A stretch of 64,000 bases of DNA from Myxococcota bacterium (GCA_044344255.1 JBIJDH010000008.1:1-64000); one strand, 5' to 3'. Shown: positions 18,251-28,121, counted from the first letter of the stretch. Notes: generated from the letters alone by a model not told the origin. Numbers and translations are program-made.

Positions 18251-20176
18251 ATGGACACCGCCACCCTCTCCGCCGCTGGAATTCGCTGGAGCCGAGATGA
18301 CCTCGACCGCGAGGCCTCCCGTCGCGACCTCTGGCCCCGCGACACCCTCCGCCTCCGGCGAGGGAGCCCCCCTCCGAAGCCCGACCTCGTCGTCTGGCCC
18401 GAGGACGCGGAGCAGACCGCGCTCGTCATCGAAGGGGCCCGCGCGGCCGGCCGGGTGATCGTGCCCTACGGCGCCGGCTCCGGGGTCTGCGGCGCGGCTT
18501 CGGGGCGCGCCGGCTCCGTCGTCCTCGACATGAAGCGGATGAACCGCATCCGCGAGGTGGATCCCGACCGCCGCACCGCGCGTGTCGAGGCCGGCATCCT
18601 GGGCCAGCACCTCGAAGACCAGCTCGCTCGCAGAGGCTGGATGGTGGGCCACAGCCCCTCCTCGATCATGTGCTCGACGGTCGGGGGCTACATCGCCGCC
18701 CGCAGCGCAGGGCAGTTCTCCAGCCGATACGGCGTCTTCGAAGACATGCTCCTCGCCGCCTCCGCCGAGACCCCCGCCGGGCGTCTCCGCGTGGGCGCAT
18801 GGACGCCACCTGGAGAGGAGGACCACCTCCCCCTCCTCTGCGGCTCCGAGGGCTCGCTGGGCGTGGTCACCGAGGCGCTGGTGCGCATCGTCCCCCTCCC
18901 CGCCGAGCGGTGGCTCCGGGCCTACGCCTTCCCCGACCTCACCGCGGCCTGGGACACGATGCGACGGCTGCTCCAAGCAGACCTGTGGCCCTCGGTGCTC
19001 CGCCTCTATGATCCGCTCGACACGCGGATCGGGGGCCCCGCCCACGGCGCCGAGGCGGAGCAGCGACGAAGAGACCGCGCGACCGCAGGGCAGCGAGAGG
19101 CCGGCGCGGGGGTGCTCTCCCGGATCAAGAAGTCGATCGCCGAGCACCCGTCGCTCGGACGCCTGCTGCTCGAGCTCCCCCTCTCTCTCCCACGGCTCGT
19201 CAACCGGCTCGCCGCCGGGCTGGGCGACGAGGTGCTGTTGATCGTCGGCTTCGAGGGCACGCGGGAGTCGGTGGCCGCCTCCGTGGCCAGTTCGACGACG
19301 CTGCTCTCCGCGGCGCGCGACCTCGGCCCGGACCCGGGGCAATACTGGTTCAAGCACCGCCACGAGGTCTCTTACAAGCTGGCGCCGGTCTTCGCGGGGG
19401 GCGGCTGGGCCGACACCATGGAGGTCGCCTCCACCTGGTCCCGCCTGCCGGCGCTGTACGCCGGGGTGCGGGCCGCGATCGCGCGCCACGCGCTGGTGAT
19501 GGCCCACTTCAGCCACACCTACCCCGAGGGCTGCTCGATCTACTTCTCGTTCGCCGGAGCGGGAGACGAGCGCACCTATGACGCCACCTGGGCAGAGGGC
19601 CTCGCGGCGGTCTCGGCCGCCGGCGGCACCGTGACCCACCACCACGGCGTCGGGCCGCTCAAGATGCGACAGGCCGCTCGGGAGGCCGGTGCGGCCGTGC
19701 GGGTATGGCGAGAGATCCACGGGCGCTTCGATCCCGAGGGCACGCTGAACCCGGGGCGACTGTTCCCGGCCGACGAGCCCGAGCGAGCCGGACCGCCGCC
19801 CCCGGAGGGCCCCGGCCCCGTCTACGAGCTCGACGCGCAGAGCCACACCGCCACGGTCGATCCGACCGCCGCCCCGGAGCGCCTCGCCGCGGCCTTGAGC
19901 GCCGCCGGCTGGCAGCCGCGGGTGCCCTTCGACCGCCCCCTCGCGGCGGCCCTGGCCACACGAAGCCGCGCCGACTTCGGAAGATTGGAACAACCGATGT
20001 TCAGTGTGCAGGCGAGGTTCGCCGACGGTGTCTCCGCCGCGGTCGGCGGCAGCCCCCGCTCGGCGGCCGGCCCAGACACGCGCTGGGCGCTCCTCCGGCG
20101 GGCCCGCGCGGAGAAGGTGGAGATCCCCATCGCGCCGACGGGCGCCGCTCCCCGCTGGCCGGAGGAGGGAGCCTGA
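18251..20176 (+). CDS. FAD-binding oxidoreductase, alkyl-dihydroxyacetonephosphate synthase-like
   Basis: PDLVVWP, VPYGAGSGV, GHSPSSI.CSTVGGYIAARSAGQFSSRYG, GSEGSLGVVTE, AHFSHTY.EGCSIYF, HHHGVG, DP.GTLNPG; extra C-terminal domain. Confidence 0.88.
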   Translation: MDTATLSAAGIRWSRDDLDREASRRDLWPRDTLRLRRGSPPPKPDLVVWPEDAEQTALVIEGARAAGRVIVPYGAGSGVCGAASGRAGSVVLDMKRMNRIREVDPDRRTARVEAGILGQHLEDQLARRGWMVGHSPSSIMCSTVGGYIAARSAGQFSSRYGVFEDMLLAASAETPAGRLRVGAWTPPGEEDHLPLLCGSEGSLGVVTEALVRIVPLPAERWLRAYAFPDLTAAWDTMRRLLQADLWPSVLRLYDPLDTRIGGPAHGAEAEQRRRDRATAGQREAGAGVLSRIKKSIAEHPSLGRLLLELPLSLPRLVNRLAAGLGDEVLLIVGFEGTRESVAASVASSTTLLSAARDLGPDPGQYWFKHRHEVSYKLAPVFAGGGWADTMEVASTWSRLPALYAGVRAAIARHALVMAHFSHTYPEGCSIYFSFAGAGDERTYDATWAEGLAAVSAAGGTVTHHHGVGPLKMRQAAREAGAAVRVWREIHGRFDPEGTLNPGRLFPADEPERAGPPPPEGPGPVYELDAQSHTATVDPTAAPERLAAALSAAGWQPRVPFDRPLAAALATRSRADFGRLEQPMFSVQARFADGVSAAVGGSPRSAAGPDTRWALLRRARAEKVEIPIAPTGAAPRWPEEGA

Positions 20177-21033
20177 TGGACGCCGCGCCCTACGATCTTT
20201 GCGCCTACTGCCCCCGCCTCTGCCGGCACGTCTGCCCGGTGGCGGTCGGGACGAGCCGCGAGGCGGCGACCCCCACCGCGATGATGTCAGGCCCATGGGC
20301 CTTCGCACGCGGACAGATGGAGCCCGCCCTCGCCCTCGCCTTCGCCTCTCTCTGCGTGGAGTGCGGAGCGTGTACCTCCGCCTGCAAGCTCGAGCGGCCC
20401 GTCACCGACCTCCTCCGCGCCGCCCGCGCCGAGCTCCGCCCCCTCGCCCAGCCTGCGAAGGCGCCCAGGATCGCCGATGGGCTCAGCCCAATTGCGGGCT
20501 CTGGAGACCGTGTCGCCGTCGAGAGCGACCCCCGCGCTTGGGCAGAGGCCCTCTCCCGACACCTCGGCGCGCCGGTGGCGCGGCTCCGGACCGGTGACCA
20601 CCTCGGCCGCGCCATCCTCGGCGAGCCTGGCGCAGAGGCCCACCTCTCCGCCCTGCGAACCCTCGTTGGGGGCCGGCGACTCGTGGTCTCGGAGGCGGCC
20701 AGCGCCGAGGTCGCCGCCGCGGCGGGGCTCACCGTGCTCCACCTCGAAGACCTCCTGCCCACCGCTCCCTTCGGCCCCGCCTATCGGCCGTGTCGTGGCC
20801 CGGCGGTGGAAGGAGAGCACGAGCCCACCGCGCTCGCCTGCTGTGGCGCGGCGGGCCCGCTCGCGGAAGATCACCCCGGCATCGCCGAAGAGCTGGGTCG
20901 GGATCAGGCGAGGCGCCTCGGCGCCCTCTCCCGGTACAGCCCCGACTCCCGCTGTGCCCGTTGGCTAGGCGCCTGTGGAGCGCCCCTCCACGACGGGGTC
21001 GACCGCCTCCTGGCCTCTGTTCGCTCCGCCTGA
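20176..21033 (+). CDS. Fe-S protein (4Fe-4S dicluster plus degenerate CCG domain, GlpC-like)
   Basis: CAYCPRLCRHVCPV, CVECGACTSAC, ACCGAAG; start overlaps the upstream stop (TGATG). Confidence 0.8.
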   Translation: MDAAPYDLCAYCPRLCRHVCPVAVGTSREAATPTAMMSGPWAFARGQMEPALALAFASLCVECGACTSACKLERPVTDLLRAARAELRPLAQPAKAPRIADGLSPIAGSGDRVAVESDPRAWAEALSRHLGAPVARLRTGDHLGRAILGEPGAEAHLSALRTLVGGRRLVVSEAASAEVAAAAGLTVLHLEDLLPTAPFGPAYRPCRGPAVEGEHEPTALACCGAAGPLAEDHPGIAEELGRDQARRLGALSRYSPDSRCARWLGACGAPLHDGVDRLLASVRSA

Positions 21034-21192
21034 GGCGCTCCCTCCCCTGCCTCGCTGCGCGTGTTCTGAGGGGCGGCGCTCGCGCGGTCGGAATAGGCGC
21101 CGCCGACCCTTCCTCTCTCCTCTCCGCTGTTCCCCGCAGGCCCTCATCGGCGCCCCTCGGGCAAGAGCAGCCGCCCCGGCAACGGAGGTCCC

Positions 21193-22212
21193 GTGTCTCA
21201 GCTTGGTCGTCCCACCACCTTCTACCGGGAAGCTGGAAGCGGCTCTCGCAACAAGAGCGAGCGCATCTGCCTGATCGTCAACCCCCGCGCGGGCGCGGGT
21301 CGGGCGGGCGCTCGCCTGGACGAGCTCAAGCAGGCGGTGGACCGCGCCTTCGAGCAGTGGGAGGTCCGGCTCACGGAGGGCCCCCGCCACGCGACCGCCC
21401 TCGCCGCCGAGGCCGCGCTCTCTGGCGCCCGCATCGTCGCGGCGGTGGGCGGAGACGGCACCTGCCACGAGGTGGTCAACGGCCTCTTCGACGGGGATCA
21501 GCCCCGGGCGCCTCAGGTCATCTTCACCACCATCCCCTTCGGGACGGGCTCCGACCTTCAGAAGACCCTCTGCATCCCTCGCCCCCTCCACGAGGCCCTC
21601 TGGATCGCGGCGACCGGCATCACCCTCCCCTCGGACGTCGGCCACGTCGAGCTCACCACGGACTCGGGCACCCAAACCGAGCTCTTCATCAACGTGGCCG
21701 GCTTTGGCACCAACGGCGCCGTGGTGCGGTTGGCCAACAAGATGGACAAGCGCTGGGGTGGCACGGCCACCTTCTTCGCCGCCACCCTCCGCGCCTCCTT
21801 GGACTACAAGGCGGCCCAGGTGACTGTGCGCTGGGAGAGCCCCGACGGGCCAGGGACCTGGACCGGCAAGGTGACCTCCGGGTTCATCAGCAACGGCGCC
21901 TACTGTGGCGGCGGGATGTGGGTCGGTAAGGGCGGCACGATGCAAGACGGCCACTTCGACCTCACCATCCTCCCCGAAGCGCCCCTCCCGCGCCTCATCC
22001 TCGAGTCGCGGCGCCTCTATGACGGCACGATCGAGAAGATCACCGGCGCGGTGCGGGTGCGGGCCAGCCGGATCGACGTGTCCGCCCCCCCTGAGGGGGA
22101 GATCTTCCTCGACCTCGACGGCGAGTCCCCCGGGAAGCTGGCAGCGAGCTTCCGCGTGCTGCCGCGCGCGCTCCACGTCCGCGGGGGCTGGCTACACAAC
22201 CCCGTGACCTGA
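21193..22212 (+). CDS. Diacylglycerol kinase family lipid kinase (YegS/BmrU-like)
   Basis: IVNPRAG.G, AVGGDGTCHEVVNG, IPFGTGSD, FINVAGFG, NGAYCGGGM, DLDGE. Confidence 0.92.
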   Translation: MSQLGRPTTFYREAGSGSRNKSERICLIVNPRAGAGRAGARLDELKQAVDRAFEQWEVRLTEGPRHATALAAEAALSGARIVAAVGGDGTCHEVVNGLFDGDQPRAPQVIFTTIPFGTGSDLQKTLCIPRPLHEALWIAATGITLPSDVGHVELTTDSGTQTELFINVAGFGTNGAVVRLANKMDKRWGGTATFFAATLRASLDYKAAQVTVRWESPDGPGTWTGKVTSGFISNGAYCGGGMWVGKGGTMQDGHFDLTILPEAPLPRLILESRRLYDGTIEKITGAVRVRASRIDVSAPPEGEIFLDLDGESPGKLAASFRVLPRALHVRGGWLHNPVT

Positions 22213-22399
22213 TCGGCGATTCGTGTTCGGCGGCCCTTCACGTTCGTAGGGATGATCGCCTCCTTTCCAACAGGAAAGCAGGCCGCCCTCGTGAGGTCAG
22301 GCGGCGGATAGCGGGAGGCGCCGCCGCTCTTCGGGGATGCGCTGGCGGTGGGCATCCGCGCCTAGGGGACTCCGGCGTTCGGACCTCCACAACGGTCCT

Positions 22400-22625
22400 A
22401 TTCATAGATGCAAATAGTATTTATATTTGTAATTTGCACTAAACGAACGCCCCCAAGAGGTCGAAATTTCCGTGCCGACCTCAACATTTTCGATGGCATG
22501 GCTATCGACATCCCTCCATTCAAGCATTAGAGTTCTGGCACCCGGCGGCGGATTGCAGATACCTCCCCCCACCGAGACCAAACCCATCTCAGATACAAAT
22601 ACTGAAAAATATCAATATTCTTCGA
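22400..22625. promoter_or_regulatory. AT-rich regulatory region upstream of the HU gene with TRCAAAT motifs
   Basis: tgcaaat-agtatttatatttgta-atttgca inverted repeat near 22409-22438; related agatacaaatact near 22590. Confidence 0.45.
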
Positions 22626-22654
22626 TCTGAGACACCAACCGCGAGGAGCACACC

Positions 22655-22936
22655 ATGAACAAGGCCGATCTCACCGAAAAGCTCGCCGTGCAGGCTGACA
22701 TCCCCAAGGTCCGCGCTGCCTACTACATCAACATCATGGTGAACGCGATCCAGGACGCCCTCGTGACCGGCGAGAAGGTCACCATCTCGGACTTCGGCAC
22801 CTTCACCGTGTCGCAGCGCCGCGAGTTCACCGGCCACAACCCGAAGAACGGCTCCGAGATCCGCGTGCCCCCCCGCCGCATCCCCGTCTTCCGGGCCGGC
22901 AAGGGCCTCAAGGAAGCGTTGAACGAGACCGTCTGA
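22655..22936 (+). CDS. HU/IHF family DNA-binding protein
   Basis: MNKADL, L..GEKVTISDFGTF, GHNPKNG..I.VP.RRIPVFRAGKGLKE; GAGGAG SD. Confidence 0.95.
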   Translation: MNKADLTEKLAVQADIPKVRAAYYINIMVNAIQDALVTGEKVTISDFGTFTVSQRREFTGHNPKNGSEIRVPPRRIPVFRAGKGLKEALNETV

Positions 22937-22950
22937 GCTTCCATCTCCGT

Positions 22951-22992
22951 CACGCGCCGGTTGGGGCCCCCTCCAACCGGCGCGTGTTCGTT
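22951..22992 (+). terminator. Stem-loop terminator after the HU gene
   Basis: cacgcgccggttgg-ggccccct-ccaaccggcgcgtg followed by ttcgtt. Confidence 0.65.
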
Positions 22993-23202
22993 GGGGCCCG
23001 CCGCGCTTGACGCCACGCCGCGATTGACGAGGCAGCGGAGGCGACTAAGGAGAAGCCCACCGAGCCACCGAGGTCGATCGACCTACGGTGGGCCATCCGA
23101 CACCCGGCACATCGCGTGGCCGTCGATCCGAGCGGCTCTCCCGCCCGTCGAAAAGGGTGCATCCACCCACGCGGCTGCCGGAGGCAGTCGCCCGGAGGCA
23201 GC

Positions 23203-23820
23203 ATGATCTCCCCAGCGAACCCCATCATCCCGCTCCCGAGGGTCAGCCTGCGCGCGCAGGCGTCGTTACCCTCCCGCTACGGGCAGTTCCGCGTTCTGGG
23301 CTTTCGGCACGAAGATGACGACCACGACTACGGCGTCGTCGCCCGCGGAGACCTCGAGGGCCAGGAGGGTGTGCCCGTTCGACTGCACAGCGAGTGCTTC
23401 ACGGGCGATGTCATGGGGAGCTTGCGCTGCGACTGCCGTGACCAGCTCGAGGCCGCGCTGCGCTTCGTCGGCCACGCCGAGCGGGGCGCAGTGCTCTACC
23501 TCCCCCAGGAGGGCCGAGGGATCGGGCTCGTCAACAAGATCCGAGCCTACGCGCTCCAGGACACCGGGCTCGACACCGTGGAGGCCAACCAGGCCCTCGG
23601 CTTCCCGGACGATCTCCGCTCCTACGAGGTGCCGGCGGCGATCCTGCACAGCCTCGGGGTGCGGAGCGTGTACCTCCTCACCAACAACCCCGGGAAGCGG
23701 CTGGGGCTCGAACGATACGGAGTGCGCGTCCTCGGGCTGCTCCCGCTGCGTATCCCTCCGAACGAGCACAACTTGACCTACCTGGAGACGAAGAAGGCCA
23801 AGAGCGGGCACCTGCTCTAG
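23203..23820 (+). CDS. ribA: GTP cyclohydrolase II
   Basis: VRLHSECFTGDV.GSLRCDC, QEGRGIGL.NK..AY.LQD.G.DTVEAN, LLTNNP, YL.TK..K.GHLL. Confidence 0.96.
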   Translation: MISPANPIIPLPRVSLRAQASLPSRYGQFRVLGFRHEDDDHDYGVVARGDLEGQEGVPVRLHSECFTGDVMGSLRCDCRDQLEAALRFVGHAERGAVLYLPQEGRGIGLVNKIRAYALQDTGLDTVEANQALGFPDDLRSYEVPAAILHSLGVRSVYLLTNNPGKRLGLERYGVRVLGLLPLRIPPNEHNLTYLETKKAKSGHLL

Positions 23821-23859
23821 GCGAACACCCTCTTCCAGGGAACAAGATCCTGGCCCGCG

Positions 23860-23889
23860 TTGACATGGAGCGGACGAGGCGGGTACCCT
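23860..23889 (+). promoter_or_regulatory. Putative sigma70-type promoter
   Basis: TTGACA-N18-TACCCT about 115 bp upstream of the 24003 CDS. Confidence 0.4.
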
Positions 23890-24002
23890 CCTCTTGGTAA
23901 GCTGACCGCGCGCGCTGTCGGCCCGTCGGGTGATCCGACGGCGACAGCGGCGGACAGACGGCCCTCGCTCGCGAGGGAAGGCACGTTCAGGAGCCCCTCA
24001 TC

Positions 24003-26489
24003 ATGCGGTTGACCCTCGCCTTCTCCCTGGTCTGTCAGCTCGCCCTGCTCAGCGCCTGCGAGAAGCCAGCCCCCTTGCCCTCCGTCTCCGACACGCTGCC
24101 GAACGCCGTGTTGTCGTCGGACCGCCTGTCTTTTGGCGAGCTCAACCTCGGTGACTCCGCCTCTCGCCAGATGGTGTTGGAGAACACCGGTGAGCTGCCG
24201 ATGGGCATCGGGCAGATCGTACTGAACGCGGACGGTCAGGAGGCGAACTTCGCCGTGACCTGGTCAGCCGACGCCATCACCTGCCCCGCCAGCCAGGATG
24301 ACCAGAGCGCGGCGAGGGCCGTGCCTGATGCACGCGTGGCCGCGGGCGGCAGCCGGGCCAAGGGCTCGGTCCGCGTCGACACCTGGGACACCGGCGGCTC
24401 CAGCGGCGGCGGCTCCAGCGGCGGCGGCTCCAGCGGCGGCGGCAGCGGTGGTAGCACCGACACCGGCGGCTCCAGCGGGGGGGGCACCGATGGTACCGAT
24501 GGCGCCGACGGCTCGGGCGACGGCGGCGGCGAGACCCCGGCCGACACCACGGTCATCCTCGATCAGAACTGCAAGCTCCCGATCACCATCACCTTCACCC
24601 CGCTCGACGTGGGCTCGATCTTCGGCTCCATCTCGATCGACACCATCACGCAGTCCGTCGGTGAGGACAAAGAGGCCGCCTACCACCGCGATCCTGACCA
24701 GTTCCATCAGGTCGTTCTCCTCGACGGCGCCGCCTTCAAGGGCACCGGCAACGTCATCGTGCGGCCGGCGAACATCGACATGGGCCACCTCTTCACGGGG
24801 GAGAGCACCGCCGAGTACGTCACCGTGAACAACGTGGGCGACGGCGACCTCACCCTCGGCGAGCCCTCTCTGCTCACCCTCGTGGACACCGACGGTGACG
24901 GCATCGACGACGCCGCCGACGTTGACCTCACGCAGGGCGAGGACTCCGATGTGGATGGCATCGACGACCGCTGTGACACCAGCGTCACCGGGGGAGTGGA
25001 CGCCAACGGCGACCTCCTCGACGACACCTGCCGCGCAGACTGTGACGCTGCCTTCTCGATCGACCTCAGCGCCTACGACTCCGACCGCGTGCTCCCCGGC
25101 GGCGACTCCACCCTCTTCAAGGTGAACTTCAGCCCCGAAGACCTCGACGGCGCCTTCTGCACCATCACGGTGCCCTCCTCCGACATCGACACCCCGATCA
25201 TCACGGTCAAGGCCCAGGGCAACGTCGGCACGGACCCCGAGAATGAGCCCCCGGTGGTGCAGCTCCTCTGGCCGCCCGTCGGCTACGTGCACACCTCCAC
25301 CGACGATCTCGTGCTCGAGCTCGACATCCACGACGCCAATCAGCCGGCCGACACCCTGATCTGCAAGGTGCGCAGCCTGCTCAAGGCGTCCAAGGTCGCC
25401 GACTGCAAGCCCTCGGATGAGAGCGGACATGTCTACGCGCACATCCCCATCGACCTCCTCGAGGACGGCACCGACACCCTCCTCGTGACCGTGACCGACC
25501 AGTCCGAGCGCCTCGGGAAGGCCTCCACCACCGTGCTGTGGAAGGCGCTGTACCCGTCCTCCGACGACGACGGGGACGGCTGGGGTGACGACGTCGGCGG
25601 CTCCTCCGTGGACTGCGACGACGACGACGCCACCATCTACCCCTCTGCCGCCGAGCTCCCCGACGGCAAGGACAACGACTGCGACAACGCCATCGACGAA
25701 GGCACCGTCATGGCCGACGAAGACGGCGACTCGGTCACCCCGGAGCAAGGCGACTGCGACGACTCCGACAGCGCGACCTACCCCCGCGCGATGGAGCAGC
25801 CGGACCAGAAGGACAATGACTGCGACGGCGTGGTGGACGAGGGCACGGGCCTCGTGGACGACGACGGTGACGGCTTCACCGAGCTCAACCTCGACTGCGA
25901 CGACGACCTCGACACCGTCAACCCGGCGGCGGTAGAGCTGTGCGACGGCCTGGACAACAACTGCAACGGCTATATCGACAGCGCTGAGCCGCTCGGATGC
26001 CAGAAGATCGCTTTTGAGCCGATGATCTACGGCGGCGTCCGCATGACGCAGAACGCCATCGGCGTGGGCGAGAGCACCACCATGACCGTCTCGGCCTTCG
26101 ACGCCGACGGGCAGGCCCTCACCTTCTTGTGGCAGGAGGACTCCGACCTCAGCGCCCTCGGTCACACCGCGATCGACAACGTCAACGGCCAGACGATCAC
26201 CTGGACCGCCCCCGCCGAGCTCCCCGAGGGGTCCACCGGCGAGGTCTTCGGCGTGGTCGTGGTGGTCTCGGACGAAGATGGCAACCAGGCCTGGGCCTTC
26301 GGCGACGTGTCGGTCTACCCAGAGGCGGTGACCACCACCATCGAAGAGACGCTCACCGTGCCCCCAGCGGCCGGCGGCTGCGGCTCATCGGGTAGCTCCA
26401 GCTCGACCGCAGGGCTGCTCCCCGCTCTCCCGGTGCTCGGCCTCGTGGCCCTCGGTCGGCGGAAGCGGCGGGTCCAGCTCCGGCGCTGA
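24003..26489 (+). CDS. Surface lipoprotein with Ig-like domains, three MopE-like metal-binding motifs and a MYXO-CTERM-like sorting tail
   Basis: LLSAC lipobox; LSFGE...LENTG.LP..I Ig-like; DxDGDG..DCDD...YP.A.E..D.KDNDCD repeats; C-terminal GGCG-S-rich-hydrophobic-RRKRR. Confidence 0.85.
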   Translation: MRLTLAFSLVCQLALLSACEKPAPLPSVSDTLPNAVLSSDRLSFGELNLGDSASRQMVLENTGELPMGIGQIVLNADGQEANFAVTWSADAITCPASQDDQSAARAVPDARVAAGGSRAKGSVRVDTWDTGGSSGGGSSGGGSSGGGSGGSTDTGGSSGGGTDGTDGADGSGDGGGETPADTTVILDQNCKLPITITFTPLDVGSIFGSISIDTITQSVGEDKEAAYHRDPDQFHQVVLLDGAAFKGTGNVIVRPANIDMGHLFTGESTAEYVTVNNVGDGDLTLGEPSLLTLVDTDGDGIDDAADVDLTQGEDSDVDGIDDRCDTSVTGGVDANGDLLDDTCRADCDAAFSIDLSAYDSDRVLPGGDSTLFKVNFSPEDLDGAFCTITVPSSDIDTPIITVKAQGNVGTDPENEPPVVQLLWPPVGYVHTSTDDLVLELDIHDANQPADTLICKVRSLLKASKVADCKPSDESGHVYAHIPIDLLEDGTDTLLVTVTDQSERLGKASTTVLWKALYPSSDDDGDGWGDDVGGSSVDCDDDDATIYPSAAELPDGKDNDCDNAIDEGTVMADEDGDSVTPEQGDCDDSDSATYPRAMEQPDQKDNDCDGVVDEGTGLVDDDGDGFTELNLDCDDDLDTVNPAAVELCDGLDNNCNGYIDSAEPLGCQKIAFEPMIYGGVRMTQNAIGVGESTTMTVSAFDADGQALTFLWQEDSDLSALGHTAIDNVNGQTITWTAPAELPEGSTGEVFGVVVVVSDEDGNQAWAFGDVSVYPEAVTTTIEETLTVPPAAGGCGSSGSSSSTAGLLPALPVLGLVALGRRKRRVQLRR

Positions 26490-26571
26490 TCGACAGGCTG
26501 AGCCGGGGGCGGCACGATCCCCCGGCTCCCGCTCGGCGAGCGCGCTCAGCGCAGCGGCTCAGCCCAGCGGC

Positions 26572-27249
26572 TCAGCGCAACAAGCGGGCGAGTCCCGCGG
26601 CCACCGCGGTCTCGGCGCGCAGCACCGTCGGCCCGAGCCCGACCGGCGCCGCACCGAGGGCCTCCGCGAGCGCCCGCTCAGACTCCGTCCAGCCCCCCTC
26701 CGGACCGATGAGGAGGGCGACAGGCCCCGTCTCTGGCGCTTGAATCAGCGGCGCCTCCGGGCAGGCGATGAACGCGCGGACGCCCTCCGGCAGCGCAGAG
26801 AAGGCGCCCTGCATCGCACGCGGAGCCGCCAGGCGAGGGCCCCGCGAGCGTCCGCATTGGGCCAGGGCCGCCTCAGCGACGCGCTCCCAGCGGTCCTCGC
26901 GGTCACCCCGCGCCACGGAGCGAGCGGCGAGCACCGGCCAGATGTGATCGGCGCCGAGCTCGGTCGCGAAGCGGACGGAGAGGTCAAAGGCCGCGGGCTT
27001 GCTGAGACCGAGCAGGAGGTAGACCTCGGGCCGCTCCGCCTCAGCCTCGACCGCTCCCGCCCACCGGAGGCAGGCCACCCCCGCCTCGGCGCCCACCATC
27101 ACCGCCGGCCGCCGAGCCCCCAGACCGTCAAAGAGCTCGACCTGCTCTCCGGGCGCGATGCCGGTCACCCGCAACAGGTGGTGGGAGACCAACGCGTCGA
27201 GGCGGATCAGCCCCTCCCCTTCGACAGAGGGGGCACGAAAGCGCCTCAC
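26572..27249 (-). CDS. rsmE: 16S rRNA m3U1498 methyltransferase
   Basis: HHLLRV...GEQVELFDG, ATELGA..I.P, A..QCGR, LIGPEGGW, LGPTVLRAETA. Confidence 0.93.
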   Translation of the reverse strand: MRRFRAPSVEGEGLIRLDALVSHHLLRVTGIAPGEQVELFDGLGARRPAVMVGAEAGVACLRWAGAVEAEAERPEVYLLLGLSKPAAFDLSVRFATELGADHIWPVLAARSVARGDREDRWERVAEAALAQCGRSRGPRLAAPRAMQGAFSALPEGVRAFIACPEAPLIQAPETGPVALLIGPEGGWTESERALAEALGAAPVGLGPTVLRAETAVAAGLARLLR

Positions 27250-28121
27250 CGCCGATACTCCAGGCAGACCCAGTCGCCCGTGCTGTCCACCTCCCGGCGG
27301 ACCAGTCGGAGACTCGAGAAGGCGGCCTCGACCCGAGCGGCACGGTCGGAGAGGATGCCAGCCATGACGAGCGAGCCGCCCACGAGGCGGAGGATATGGG
27401 GGGCGAGGTGGATGAGCACCTCGGCGAAGAGGTTGGCCACCACAAGGTCATAAGGGCCAACGAGGGCCTCGACCGGGGTGTCGTCGAAGGTGGCCTCCAG
27501 GTCATTCCGGGCCGCGTTCTCTCGGGCCGCCCGAACGGAGTCCGGGTCGATATCCACCCCCCGCGCCGTCATGCCGACACGCGCCGCGGCCAGCGCCAGC
27601 ACCCCTGTACCCATGCCGAGGTCTACGCAGGTCTCGCCAGGCACCGCGAGGCGATCCACGGCGGCGAGGCAAGCCCGGGTGGTGGGGTGCTCCCCCGTGC
27701 CGAAGGCCATGCCGGGCTCGATGAGGAGATCGCCCGGACCGGCCTCCCAAGGCGGAGACACGACGAGGCGCTCGCTCACCCGGATGGGGTGGAAGGCCGC
27801 TCGCCAAGCCTCGGCCCAGTCTCCGTCGGCGACCTCGCCCCACGTGGGGACATCGACGTCGTCCCACTCGCGGATGAGCTCCGCCACCGCGGCCTGCACC
27901 TCGGGGAGGGCCGCGTCCTCGGGCCACCAAGCCCGGAGCAGCACCCTGGAGGGCGGAGCGGGGGGCGGGCCGGTGTCCCAGGGCTGCTGGATGCGCGGGA
28001 GCTCTCCGGGGAGGAGATCCTCCTGAATGCCGACCGTACCCAGCTCAAAGAGGTGCGCACTCGTCAGGTCAAAGCGGCGCCGAGGCAGGATCAGGCGCAG
28101 CTCCGCCCAGCGACTCTCCAC
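27246..28121 (-). CDS. prmA: Ribosomal protein L11 methyltransferase
   Basis: DWAEAW...F.PI, IEPGMAFGTGEHPTT, DLGMGTGVLA, YDLVVANL; GTG 28121 after GGAGG. Confidence 0.92.
   Translation of the reverse strand: MESRWAELRLILPRRRFDLTSAHLFELGTVGIQEDLLPGELPRIQQPWDTGPPPAPPSRVLLRAWWPEDAALPEVQAAVAELIREWDDVDVPTWGEVADGDWAEAWRAAFHPIRVSERLVVSPPWEAGPGDLLIEPGMAFGTGEHPTTRACLAAVDRLAVPGETCVDLGMGTGVLALAAARVGMTARGVDIDPDSVRAARENAARNDLEATFDDTPVEALVGPYDLVVANLFAEVLIHLAPHILRLVGGSLVMAGILSDRAARVEAAFSSLRLVRREVDSTGDWVCLEYRR

Noticed and set aside
22990..23202. FMN riboswitch upstream of ribA
   Set aside because: The conserved RFN sequence blocks are not recognisable; only a GC-rich hairpin with the palindrome aggtcgatcgacct is present.
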